Source: Perkinsus chesapeaki ATCC PRA-425 (Eukaryota > Protista > Perkinsozoa). From it: 64,000 bases of DNA. The position numbers were made by a program, and so were the translations under genes. The stretch is from positions 24,182 through 88,181 of the forward strand of contig JAAPAO010000081.1 of the NCBI GenBank assembly GCA_013115145.1, in the 5' to 3' direction. The notes under the pieces are model-generated. The model did not search any database. It had not been told where the DNA came from and saw only the letters and a program-made list of their open reading frames with translations. Of the stretch, positions 13,175 to 25,759 are shown piece after piece. The first letter of the stretch is position 1, and the number at the start of each line of letters is the position of its first letter.

Positions 13175-15816
13175 ATGTCCAGAAAGCCTGAGAGCTTCTC
13201 TGCGGCTTGCCGTCTCCCTCAGTATTCTCAATACCGAGTCAAGCTGGCGGTGTATGCCGGATTTGTTGCATGTATTTGTGCAGTTCCGCAATTTCTACCA
13301 ACCCTTCAGAAGCTCTTACTACAGCATCTTTACGTAAGACTCTCATCAAAGGCGTTCATTACTAACCTTTATGATTTCCTTTCAGGTGGTTGGGCTCTTA
13401 TATGGGGTCATAGCAGCCTCGCTCGATGCGAAGACTTTCATGAATATGCCATGGCGTCTCTTGCTGGGCGTCAGCACTGGTGCATCCGTCGGCTATGCCA
13501 TTGTCCTCCTCGAAACAGCTATGGGCGGTGGAACATATAACCATTTCCTCGGTGTTCTCATAGCATTCCCCTTTCTTCTATTGTCTAGCTTGGCCCAAGC
13601 GACATCTAGAAACAAATTTTCTCAGCTGTTTTCCTATATAAGTTGCAATTTGATGATGGTCTCTGTGGTAGCCTTCTCTGCAACAGAGCCTCGGAAGGGA
13701 CTGTTTTCTGCTATATTTGCAGGGAGCATCTCGTTCGTAGTTCCCTTGACGCTGGCGGGGACTCTCAACATATTGGGCTTACTCCCACGTACAGCCCCCG
13801 AGCCGCTGCCAACATTTGAGAACTCTGCTGCAGAGTATTTCAAATCCAACGCGTGCTATATTCTGGACGGTGAAATGCATCAGCGAGAACTCGATGAGCA
13901 ACGAAAGCAGCTTATCAGCTCACGGAAAGCGGCCCTCGCCAATGTTACTGACGGTGATATGCGGCTCTGTATCTTCCGAATGACGAGTACTCTTTATGGT
14001 CTACGGAGAGCTGCACGATATGAGCCTTTCAGTGAAGCCGCAGTGGTACATTTATGGGAGCCGATGCAGATGGAGTTGGGAAGATTGGTTACCAAAGTTA
14101 CCGCACTACTGAAGCATGAGGTGGAAGTGGAAGACATTCCCGATTTAAAGGAAGCTGCACGTGATGCTCTCATTAAGATAAAAAAGATAAGCATCGACTA
14201 TACTCGGGCAGTTGCTGATCAGAAGTCCGTTGTGATTTCTGCTAGAGAGATGGCTCGAGTAGAGTTTGCCATGTTAGCCATACCAAGATTTGCTATACTC
14301 GTTGATCGTTACTTCAATCTAAAAGAGAAGCATAAAACACCCAAACCTTCCATTTGGCAATATGTAGCAATTCGTAGTGGAGTGTACTTCTTTCCAACTC
14401 CTCTCTCAGGTTCCCCTCTCTCCGCCTCTACGGCATCCAATAGACTTCATTAAAAAGCCGGTCTGGCCGGCTGGCACGTCCCTGCACGACAAACTAGTGT
14501 TCCCTTTACGACTAGCCATATCTGTAGCTGTCGTTGCGGAAGCTACCCTAGCTGTCGGCGAAGTTTATCCTATACTCCTCACTGAGGGTTTATGGGTCTG
14601 CTTACCGGTTCTCACTTGCCTTCTGCCTACTGTCGGGTGGACCATAGGAAAAGGTCTCAGGCGTATGCTTGGCGTGTTGCTGGGCGGCTCCCTTGCTATA
14701 CTTATCGTCTATATAAACCCATTAAATATCCCAGCCGTTGAAGTGGAGCTCTTTGTGGTCGCCTCCATGGGAAAGTTCTTCACTCAAGATCCCAGAATTG
14801 GGTATCTAGGCTTTCAAACGATGGCATCGTTCAGTGTGGTGGGCGTATCTAATGCTCTCGATCCTACACTCGATGGTGAAGCTCGACTGCATCTAGCGTT
14901 GCTACGAATGCTGTTCACTCTTGTTGGTCTTTGTATAGCTATATTTCTCTCCTTGCTCACTTTCCCTTCGTTTTGTGGCCGGCGGTTAGCCATCCAAACG
15001 AGTGAGGAACTCCTCTGTGCTTCTGGCGCCGTTTCGGCGTTAGTGAGGGGGATGGTAGCTAGGAGTCCAGATGGTTCGAAAAGCCCTGAAGACCGAGATC
15101 TGCCTACCGTAGTCGAAACTGGTATGAGCCTCTTGAAGGAAGACAATGCCCGGCTTGCAGAACAACCGTGGTTCAAAGAGGAGGCTGTATACCTCGGGTT
15201 GGTGCACGCTTCCTGCACACGGTGCGCTGTAGATGCCAAGTGCTTGGGTTGTGCGCAGGATGACATCACCAGGCTGAGCAGAAGTGCCGTGGTTGTGAGT
15301 CAAGTCTTTTGGAGCTGCGACAAGAGGATGAGCTCCTCCACTGACCGTTTGCTGCTTGATCCGATTCGTCCATTGCTCTCAGATCTTGCAGGACAGCTCG
15401 ATCAATCAGCCTTGGCCCTCGACCGCGCTTTGAGGAGCAAAGGCGGAATTAAGGAGGCTGTTAACGCTGCAGCCGACACACTAGAATCAATGCTATATTT
15501 GTATGCTACATTCGATGAGAACAGAACAAAGCTTCTCTTTTCACGTACCTGGGCAGCCGAAGGTGAAGTAACTGACTCTACCCATATGATAGAAGTTATG
15601 AGCAGTGGTGGCGGTGTCGGCCTTCATGAAGCTATCCATGCTATAAACGCGTTCATAGAAGATTGGGTTACGGTTGTTAATGCACTTCTTGGATGTCAAC
15701 TTAGTTTGCCCCACGCTCCTATCGAAGAGAGTGCTACATCGCTTGCAAGTTTAGACACTACCACTGGCTCTGACGACGGGAGTGTCCGAAGACGTGCTGA
15801 AACTTGCGCTTACTGA
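13175..15816 (+). CDS. ALMT/FUSC-like transporter, copy F, 3 exons
   Basis: Exon 1 MSRKP..LPQYSQYRVKL; ORFs 13371-14453 and 14377-15816 are paralogous. Confidence 0.8.
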
Positions 15817-16104
15817 ATTGTCCATTACGTAACTGTATGTTTGCGTCCCGTCACATCCTTTGATACAAAGGTTTTATCACACTTCTGCTCTGCTTGGTCT
15901 TCCCTTTGGTTGTAATACTTCTGATTATACTAGGGTTTATTTGCTCTTGCGTCGCTTGTCTCCACCGTGGAGTTGTCTCTGTTTGGTTCGCTCTGCGCCA
16001 CGTAAGCTAACAACTCTGTGACCAAAAATGGTTTCCTGGCTTCTTGCTTCAGAATGTGAGCTTGCTTTTTCTCGTCTGCAGATTTCTACGTTGTTTTTTG
16101 AATA

Positions 16105-18843
16105 ATGGGGAATAAACAACCACCCGAGGATGTTCCGCGGTTCACCCGTTTCAGCCTTCTGAACGCGCTCTATGCTGGCTGCATGGCTGGCCTTATGACA
16201 GGGCCCATGTTCATTCCGACGTTCACGCAGTTGTTCGACTCGAGAATAATGGTACGTTTAGGGAAGCCTGATTCTCTGTTCGGTGTCATTTAGCATAGAG
16301 AAATATAGTATTTAGCTTAATCTCGTTTCGTACGAGCGACTCTTCGTGCTAAGGGAATCTCACAGAGTTCTCCGTGAATGCCCACTGCTAGTGTTTCAGG
16401 CTCTCGGTACAATATGGGCAGTCCGCTGCAGCTCCCTCGACTTTCAATCCGCCTGCTCAGCATCCTGGACCGCCGTTTTTGGTTCCTTGGTCGCCGCTGC
16501 GGTGATCGCTGTCGTCATACCCTTCGCTACTGCGATATGTGGCGGAAGCATCAATCTCTACGTTTGCTCCATTGTGATGATGCCTTTTTGTTTCGCTGCC
16601 TCTCTGGCCGCTTCGTCAACCAAGTGCAAGCTCGCTCAGCTTTACGACTATAAAACCACTCTGACAGTAGCGTATTTGGTAATTTTCTTCGGTACCAGCC
16701 CTCTGGATGTGAGTGTGGTATCGGTTATCCTTGTGGGTGCCTGGTCAACTCTGATCCCGCTTCTGATAACATCGCTACTCAATCTCTTTGGTGCGCTGCC
16801 GAGAAGTGCCCTTCCACCTATGACAGTGTTTGAACGCTCTGCTGCATCCTACTTGGAGACCGGCATCATGTTTATCCTAGAAGGGGAGCTCCACCAGGAC
16901 GAGCTAGAGCGTAAACGTGATAAGCTCAGTGAAGCTCGGAAAACACTGCTGCGGTCCACAACAAGCCCTGACCTGAAGTTCTGTATATTTCGCATGTCGA
17001 GCTTGTTGTACACGCTGAGACGCTCGTCCAGGTTCACACCGCTCAACAAAGCGGCTGTGGAATACCTGTGGGTGCATGTCGAGCGAGAGATTTTCGAGAT
17101 GGTTTCCACGATGGTCGTAATTCTCCGACATGAGGGTGACCAGGCAGATCTTGCTCGGCTGCGTGCAGGAATATCGGTGGTTAGCGATAAGATTCGCCAC
17201 ACAATCATCGACTATACTAGGGGAGTTGCCAAAGGGCAATTCGATCGTCTTCCAGTCGATGAGCTTATCAGGATGGAGCATGTGATGTTATGTATCACTC
17301 GGCTTGCGAAAGTGGTGACGGATTATTGCGACATCAAGTCCAGCATCACAGTGAGCGGGTTCTCCATAAAGAAATATGTAAGTTGCTCCACATCGGAATA
17401 CTATTTCCAATCTTTGTTATTCAGTTACCTGTCCCTCCACTTGCGTGGCATTTAAGGGCCTGGCTAAAAGAGCCAATGTACCCTCTACATTCCACCTGGT
17501 TCGAGCGGTTTTGGTTCCCTGCCCGCCTCACCTTGTCTATAACTGTGGCCACGCTGGGTGTCTTGGGTGCCGCGGAGGAATACCCGGTGCTCCTAGTGGA
17601 AGGTTTCTGGGCATTGATGCCCGTAATTAGTTGCTTTCTCCCCACAGTTGGATCAACCCTGAGTACGGCTGTTAGGCGTTTTCTTGGAGTTATGGTTGGC
17701 GGCGGGCTCGCTATGATCGCTGTGTCGGTCCACCCTCTGAACGTAGCTGCATTCATCATCGACGTCTTCTTGGTAGCGGCCGTGACACGATTCCTTGTTG
17801 TTAGTTCTAGGATTGGTTATGCTGCAATGCAGATGTTCATCACCTTCATTGTAGTCGGTGTCGTTAGTGGTATAGACCCTGACCTCTCAACAGGCACCAG
17901 AGTCTTAATGGCTGCCGAGAGGATGCTCTATACGCTCATTGGTGTGGCTGCCACTATAGTGCTCTCCATGTTGACTATCCCAGCCTTCATCTGCCGCCAA
18001 CTTGCTCACAAAACTGCCGATGAGCTTCGAACATCCGCTGCGGTTCTGATACATGGTATTTCCACGCTTGTAGAATGCGACGATGACGAGTCGCCTGGGG
18101 GAAGCACTGGAATTAGTGAAGACTCGGTTGTCAGTACCGGTACCGCCATTTTTGAGAAGGACACTGCGAGGGCTGCTGCGCTAGATGGCGCTCGCGAAGA
18201 GAGTACTCTGTTGCACTTGGTCGGTGTCAATGCTTCCAGATGCGGAATTAATTCGTCGAATATTCTTCTTGCTCAAAAGCAAGTAATGAGGGTGTCTCGT
18301 TGTGCCATGTCCGCCTGTATTAGTCTGGATCGGTGCAGGCATCTGATTGGCGTAACTGCGCGTAAACAGCTTCTCAACCCTGCACGAGAGTCTCTGGATG
18401 GTGTAGCGTGTGCGATGTTGAAATCGTCCTTGGAGCTCGAGACAATGCTGCGAAAGCACGGCGATGCAGCGCGAGCAATCAACACCACCGAGGAGCTCGT
18501 GGAAGCCACGGCAAACGCTTTCAGACATTTTGAACGGCTTCACGAGAGGTTGTTATTCAGCAAGACATGGGCAGTCGATGGTGACGTTATGGATTCCACA
18601 AAGCTAGTCGAAGCATTATCGAGCGGCGGAGGCGTAGGCCTCCACGAAGCGCTGTACGCTATCATCGCGTTTGTCGGCGAGTGGCTCGGTGTTGTGAATA
18701 CCCTGCTCGGCTGTGGTCTCAGTGTATCTTTGTTGCGTGGTTCGGAAACCGAGATGAAGGTTTTGAAGGTTCCTACACCCATTGTACGCGGTCGAGCTCG
18801 TGCCAAATCAGAGCAGCTTGAAACTAGTATCCACGACATGTGA
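16105..18843 (+). CDS. ALMT/FUSC-like transporter, divergent copy G, 3 exons
   Basis: ORFs 16105-16293, 16346-17455 and 17290-18843. Shares PTVGSTLSTAVRRFLG and the SGGGVGLHEA motif with copies C-F. Confidence 0.75.
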
Positions 18844-19147
18844 GCTCTGATTGGAAGGCAAATCTTGATTTTACTTGATTGCGGCTTCAACGCGCTAGTT
18901 GCTCGCGTATTTGTCAGTCTTATTCGGCATATTTGTTAACTCTGGCTTTAACACCATTCTTGTGTTGTTCCTGTAGGGGCGGGGGTCGAGCGTCCATTCA
19001 AGGATATCATCCGACGGTTTCGCTCGACTGTGTACTTGTTTCTTCATACTGCGGAGTCACCCGCCGGGACACCACTGTATTCCCATTCCAGGCTGAATCA
19101 CGGCCAATCTAGGTAAGCTTGTGAGCTGTTCAGCTTTTTGTATCACT

Positions 19148-21517
19148 ATGCACATTCCTCTTCTCCATCCTCTGAACGCCCCATCGCTCAAAAAGGGGCA
19201 CGGCAATGCTGATTGGTGGGGATTGACTCCCCGATCTATAGCAGAGTTACAGACAGCTATTTTCACTGGCGTGACGGTCTGTTTAACATCTACTACGGTT
19301 TTTAATTCAACAATATCGTTTATCTTTCCACCCCAGTTCATGGTAAGCCCTCCCACGCCTCCGTGATGTCGTTTATACTGCTTTTCTCAGATTCTCGGTT
19401 TAGCCGGCGCATTGATAGTTTCGTATCTCGAGATGCAACTTGCCGTCGAGTGGTCTTTAAAGACTACCATCGCGTCCTGGCTCGGCTGTGCCTGTGGGTG
19501 TCTAATCGTTTATGTGGTTCCTTTAATCAACCAAGGAGAATATAATCCTTATTTCGGTCTCCTACTTGCTGTACCATTCTCGTTCCTCCTATCATTGGCA
19601 GACCAAGCGGGTGAAGTCTACTGTAAGCTCAGTTCGGTCTATCGGGGTGACAAGGCCCTCCTTCTTTTAATCATTCCAGTGGTTTTCGGTGGTGATGATC
19701 CTTACTGGTCCGCGATAACGGCAGCCATTGGGTACACTGTTGGCTCAGCCATACCTCTTTTGGGGACAAGTTTTCTGTGGTCCTTGGGTGTACTACCGGA
19801 CACACGAGCAGAGTCGCTTAGAGCACTCAGTCTCAATTTGGCCGACTATTTTGACGAGGTTGCCTCGCTGCGAAAGGACCGAGACCACCAAGTAGCAGTG
19901 TTGCGCCGAATGTGGAGCGACCTTTACAAAGCCAGTACCGAAGCTGCGACGTCCACCAGCGACTTGAAGCTACGTGGACTGATCTGGTCGATGGTCGCTT
20001 GTTTGTCCACTGTGAGACGGTCCTCCCGGCGCCATGCCTGCGACCCTGTTGTATTGGAGAGGCTTTGGCTGCCATTTGAAGGATCCGTCGTATCGCTTCG
20101 CCAGAAGGTCATATGCACCCTCAGAATGTGGGAGACATTCGACGAGTCGGATACAAAGATAGCTGATGCTGCTGGTGAACTGCTAGCTTCTGTAGAGCAT
20201 TTTATTACTGATTGCGAAGTACCATCTGGACCGGAGTTGACCAATTTTGAATTCACCGTCAATGAGATGGTAAAGTTTTCTCTACTTGCCCAGGAATTCC
20301 TCATCAGAGTGAAAGGTCCACAGGAGGGCTCGTGCATGCACAAGGTTGTCGATTGGTTGCGACAGCCGCTCTTTGCGCCAGCCAGTCCTGGGACCACCTG
20401 GAGAGTGCGGTTTGCTTACCCTCTAAGAGCTGCGGTTACTGTTCCCCTGGTCGCCTTATTCATTTTAATTGGTGGGGAGCACTTTGACGTACTAGCTCAC
20501 TATGGCTTATGGATGATACTACCCTGTGTTTTCTGCTTCCTTCCTACCCCTGGTGCGTCTATCCGGAAAGGACTGAGGCGTATTCTGGGCACTGTTGTAG
20601 CATCGGTGCTGGCGGTTGCATGTGTCTGCTTGCATCCCAATAATGATGGCATCTTTCTCTGTGAGCTTTTTTTCTTCTCTGTCATCGCCAAGTTGATGTT
20701 CTTTCATGACACACTGCAATATTCTGGATTAGTATTTGGCTTCACCTGGATTATTGTCGGGCTCGGTCCCGGGATTGACACCTCTTTGCCGGTCGGCAGC
20801 AAGGTCGTTCGTGCCGTACATCGGATGGATATGACTGTTGCCGGCGTCATTCTTTCTATTCTACTGGCCTCTCTGATTTTCCCTATATTTGCCAACAAGC
20901 GTTTGCGTAGAGCGACAGCGCGCTCGCTGGAGCTTGTTTCTAATTCGGTTGCTAATGCATGCGAGTCCCTGGTCCACAAGACACCGTGGAATCGCGAGGC
21001 CCTCAGTGAGGACGTGCTTGATGCGGCCGTGTTCTTAGCGAAGAGCTACGCTGACCGTAATGCTCAGATTGCTGATGCAAGGGCTGAATGTCAGGCATTG
21101 CGTTATCTGTCTCCGACCAGGCATCACGAGCTGGCGCATGTGGTGGCTGCTCAGCACCTGCTGGACCGATTAACCAGGCAAGCTCTGGCTGTTATTTCCG
21201 CCGTCACTACATGCTTGGCAACGATACCAGTTGATGGCTGCGGCCTACCCAAGCCTGCCGAACAAGACTTACTTTTGACTGCTGCCGTGATCCGCCGAAG
21301 AGCTGGCCTCCTGGTGGCAGGTGTCAGAATAAGGAAGTTCAAGATCACTGATGTTACCGAGTCTGTGATGCGCTCCATCGACTGTCTTGAGTCGAATATT
21401 CGGAACTGCAATGCCGTTGAACACTACGGCATGGACTGCTTGGTACACGCCCTACAGGACTTCGCCGAGGTGTGGGAGGAAGTTGAGCGGATGGTTGCCA
21501 AGGCGAAGGATAGCTAA
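19148..21517 (+). CDS. ALMT/FUSC-like transporter, divergent copy H, 2 exons
   Basis: Exon 1 MHIPLL..PPQFM, intron gtaag..ctcag, in frame into ORF 19412-21517. Motif PTPGASIRKGLRRILGT. Confidence 0.75.
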
Positions 21518-22014
21518 GCGCTGCTCTTGTATCTTTTATTTTTGCTCGTGTCCTATTTTAATGCGCTACTGACTTTACCAACCTGGGCTACGTATATACA
21601 AGGGGCCCAAAAAGTGTGTTCCTATATCGTATAGTGATAGCTGTTGCGTTGCGAGAGCCAGGTGCTTCGCAGTCTAAGTGGCTTGCATATGCTTGCTTTG
21701 CTTTGCCGGTGTAGAATCGGTCAGTATCAGCCCTCTATATTATCCATAACGTTGTAACAAATGAGATAGGTACATCAGAAGGCTATCAGGCAGCGAAAAC
21801 TATTATAAAGTATCAGGAGCGCGTCACTGAGATACCCTAGGACAGTTCGGATGTAGCACGTGGTCCCTAGCGCGCGTCCAAAATCGTGCCGATTTCGAGC
21901 GATATAGTTTTCCAGCAGCTTTCCAGTGGAGCTCGCTTCCTTGTCCCACTTGATCGGTGAGATAAGTCTCTGGTACATGAATGTAACGCTCTATCTCGCC
22001 TTGCTTTAAGTTCA

Positions 22015-24409
22015 ATGGAAGCGGCTAAGGCGCGCATATGGCTCGGCAGTTCTTTACTCATCGGTTTAATGCTTTTCAACTGGAGCTGGCGAACGACTCG
22101 GCGGCTCAGCACTACCCAGTCTCTATTTTTGCACAGGTGGATGTCGAGCCAGGCACCACCACTCGAGCCTGGGGGAAATCTCGTTATCCTCGGCAGCGGA
22201 TGGGGAGGCTACTCCCTTTTAAAGAAGCTCGATACCTCCAAGTGGGACAGCGTTACACGTACGCCAGCCTAGAGCGTTCAGAATGGCATGTTTTTCGTCA
22301 GTTGTATCGCCGAGGAACTACTTTTTGTTCACCCCCTTGCTCCCTTCTGTGACTGTTGGTGAGGCGATGACATATTAACTGTGGGCAGGGAGTTTTTTTA
22401 GGTACGAATGAGCCGAGGAGTATAATAGAGCCAGTGAGGAAAATAGTGATGAAAAAGAACAAGAAAACAGGCCTTAGAAACACACGCTATATAGAAATGG
22501 ACGCTAGATACCTCGACCTCGATCGCAAGGTAGGGCAGTATCGAAAGCACCGCTCGCACTTGTTAAATAGGTTTGCTTTTGCGAGGACATTACCTCTATA
22601 AAGGCCACCGATGACCTGCTGGAGGTGCTTTGGGATGAATGGGCTTGATGAAGCCGTACGATATTGCCTCATGTACAGGTACCATATGATAAGTTAGTCG
22701 TGGCCGTTGGAGCACAGCCTAACACTATGGGAACACCTGGAGTCATCGAATATACGCACTTCCTCAAGGAGATGGACCACGCACGTCTCATTCGAAAGAA
22801 CGTACTCGATTCTTTCGAGACAGCCTGCACCGCTACCACTGATGAGCGCAAGAGAGAGCTTCTGCACTTCGTTGTGGTAGGGTTCCCCGGCACTGCCTTG
22901 GAAGTGGAGCGACGGTTCAGGTCGGCGGAGGGCCAACGGGCGTGGAGTTCGCTGCGGAATTGAGGGATTTTATCAGAGAGGAGATCAGCCATGCCTACTG
23001 GGAGGTTGCTCAGTAAGGGTTAGCCCGGCGCGGCATGGCCGGATCTACGCCTCCTCAGCCTGGCGAAAGTGTCGGTGATCCAGTCGAGTGATAACATTCT
23101 CAATACCTTCGATGCAGCGATTTCACGCTATGCGACGGACCACTTTAAGCGGATTGATATCGACGTGGTGAAGAACTCGAGGTACTCCCCGACCGAAAAG
23201 ATAATTTTGTCTTATCCTTCCTGATTCGCCCCATATCGCTGTTACGGAAGCCGTGTGTATTCTCAGAGTAAAGGCAGTGGAATCTTCAGCTGTTATCGTA
23301 CAGGACAAAACCACAAAGGAGGAGCGCCGAATACCGTGAGACTCGAGCCGCACTCTGTCATTCAAGCGTGCCGATTTAGGTTTGGAGTGTGCGTCTGGGC
23401 AGCTGGCATTGCCCCAAGGCCGTTCACTAAGGATTTGGTAAACGAGATGCCGACGGCGCAGGCCTTTGACAGTTGGTTTCAGATATCTAAGTTGAAGGAG
23501 TATCAGCCTGAAAACGGCCGCTTGCTGAAGACCACACCGTTCTTGGAGGTTCTCGGCGGCAAGGGCGACATTTTTGCCATAGGAGATTGCGTACGGTTTT
23601 GTGCATTACGGAAGACGGGATAGAGCTGATTCAGGCGGGCGTTGCCGAGCCCGAGCTTGTTCCGCTTGCTGAGTCACTTTTTGAGGAGGCCGATGTTAAT
23701 AAAGACGGTAAGATCTCTTTTGATGAGTACAAGGTCATCTACAGGAAGATCAGGGAGAGGTGACAGTACAGATCATTGCGCTTATGGTGGACTGGTGTTG
23801 ATAGGTTCCCGTTGCTCCAAGGGTCTGGCCCAGAAGAACGTTGGAAGCATCACGCAAATAACTACAACGATGGGAAGCCTTTGCAGTATCTCACCCACGA
23901 CCAGTGGGAGAAGGTGCGTTCCCATCTTCGGGGCCCTCTCTATTAGATCTAAGGTACTTGCGAACATGCAGTCGAGCTACAAGGGCATGCCAGCAACGGC
24001 CCAAGTGGCGTCGCAACAAGGTTGGATTCGCAATTCTTTCTATCTTGGTGAATATCTGCTATCAGGCGAGTGGTTGGCCGCTTACCTCAGTGGGCAGACA
24101 TCTTCACCGTTCGAAAGGAACGATAAGGGGATGATGAGCTACGTAGGTGGCTCCGAGGCAGTCGTCCAAAGCCCACTTGCTGGTGAGCCCCCTTGGTGCA
24201 ATCTCACCGATGTCGTCCATAATTAGGGAACATCACCGGAGTGTCGACGTTTGCGCTCTGGAGAGGAGTATATGCAAGCAAGATGGTTTCTTGGAGGTTG
24301 CCAGACTGTATTACACATCCTCCGTTGAAATTGTTTCAGGTGCCGACATCTGGTTATCTGGGACTGGGTTAAAGCCCGTATCTACGGTCGAGATCTCTCC
24401 AAGATGTGA
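22015..24409 (+). CDS. Type II (alternative) NADH:quinone oxidoreductase with EF-hand, multi-exon
   Basis: FAD motif VILGSGWGG; YDKLVVAVGA..NTMGTPGV..THFLKE; second GxGxxG exon GGGPTGVEFAAE; ATAQVASQQG; C-terminal WDWVKARIYGRDLSKM-stop; N-terminal presequence-like segment. Confidence 0.92.
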
Positions 24410-24530
24410 CAATCCACATGCTTCGATGTCTGTCCCTTGATTTGTTTATTAACCCCCAAACACTCAGTATTGCATTTCAGTGACTAATGAACTGTCTATT
24501 CAGTTCCCTGGTTTTGTATTCCTTTTTATA

Positions 24531-25178
24531 ATGGGAGCATGTTGCTCGACCGACTCAGTTGCCACATCGCAGCCGAGCAAGCGTCATCAATCGGTGAGGA
24601 GGATCCAAAATAGAACCAGCATTTCTCTTCAGGATTATGAGTATGCAAAGCGTCTTCAATCGCAGGAGTATTCGCGGCTTGATGGTCACGGGAGAAAATC
24701 ATCCGGCCGGCAGAGTTGGGGGTCTGGTAAATCATGGCTCTTGCCCTTCAAATTCTAGCTCATTGCTTAGGTCAACCCACGGGGACATCATACACTGCGG
24801 TTGGAGCATCCGCGGACCAAAAGAGGCAAGCTGCAGCCGAAGCTGCTGAGCGCCGCATGAAGGTAGGCACTACGAAATGATCACTCGCGTAGTTTCCCGA
24901 CGGCAGGAAAATCAAGGGCGTGGTCTTGGTAGCTCGGAAAAGGCTACCCAGATGACCGAAGCAGCAAGGAAGCAAGAACTCATTGGGCGAATAAGAGAAT
25001 ATTACGCAGTAGGCAAACAAACGTATCGTTCCCCACAGCTGCTCGTTACCAGGTGCGCCGGCTCGACCCTCCGCTGGGCCTAAACCTGGCTTCCGTCGAG
25101 CAGCTACGTAAACACCTCGATCTACTTAAAAGTGGTAAAATTGATCCAACAAATGCAGTTCTTGATAACAGCGTCTGA
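24531..25178 (+). CDS. Small N-acylated SVIP-like protein, multi-exon
   Basis: Starts MGACCS (myristoylation/palmitoylation pattern), then DYEYAKRLQSQE, QKRQAAAEAAERRM..ENQGRG (SVIP-like), ending LRKHLDLLKSG..NSV-stop. The family call comes from recalled similarity. Confidence 0.55.
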
Positions 25179-25759
25179 GTACGCTATAAGATGCACACTG
25201 TGTAGTTGACTAAATGCATTACATAAGCCCCAGGACACTCGAAGGGCTATTCTACTTGGGCATGGTTCTTGAGTTGTTCAGTTAAAGACACACACCATTA
25301 ACCACCAAGGACCGGGAGGAAACAAGACGTTCATCAACGATAATAACATGTCGAAACAATCTTAAAGGAATATAAATACATCGCTGCCGATAGTACTAGA
25401 CCGACTTCCGGCGGAGTTCAACTCAAAAATGAAACATGGCATTTTACTACAGACGAGTATGCTCCACGAAGCTACTACCTGCCGTCTTGAGGTAACACAT
25501 AGCCTCAAAATCTCCAACTACCACACGAGCTTATTTATACACTATCGGACCATGAACTACGGTATGAAGTGCTACTGTATTCACGCAAACCTTGCTTGTG
25601 AGACCACTCCGTAACCAACGAGCGTGATCAAGCTTATTAGCCATCTGATTATCAGTTATTTCTCAACCCCTACTGACCACTGAACTCAAAGCGATGGACT
25701 GTGTTCTTGGCTCGGATTGCTAGTGGTACGTAACCGTTACGACGCCATCTACACACTCT

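Noticed and set aside
654-21572. Many short alternative-frame and antisense ORFs across the transporter array
   Set aside because: They recur only because the underlying paralogues are similar; no independent coding signal.
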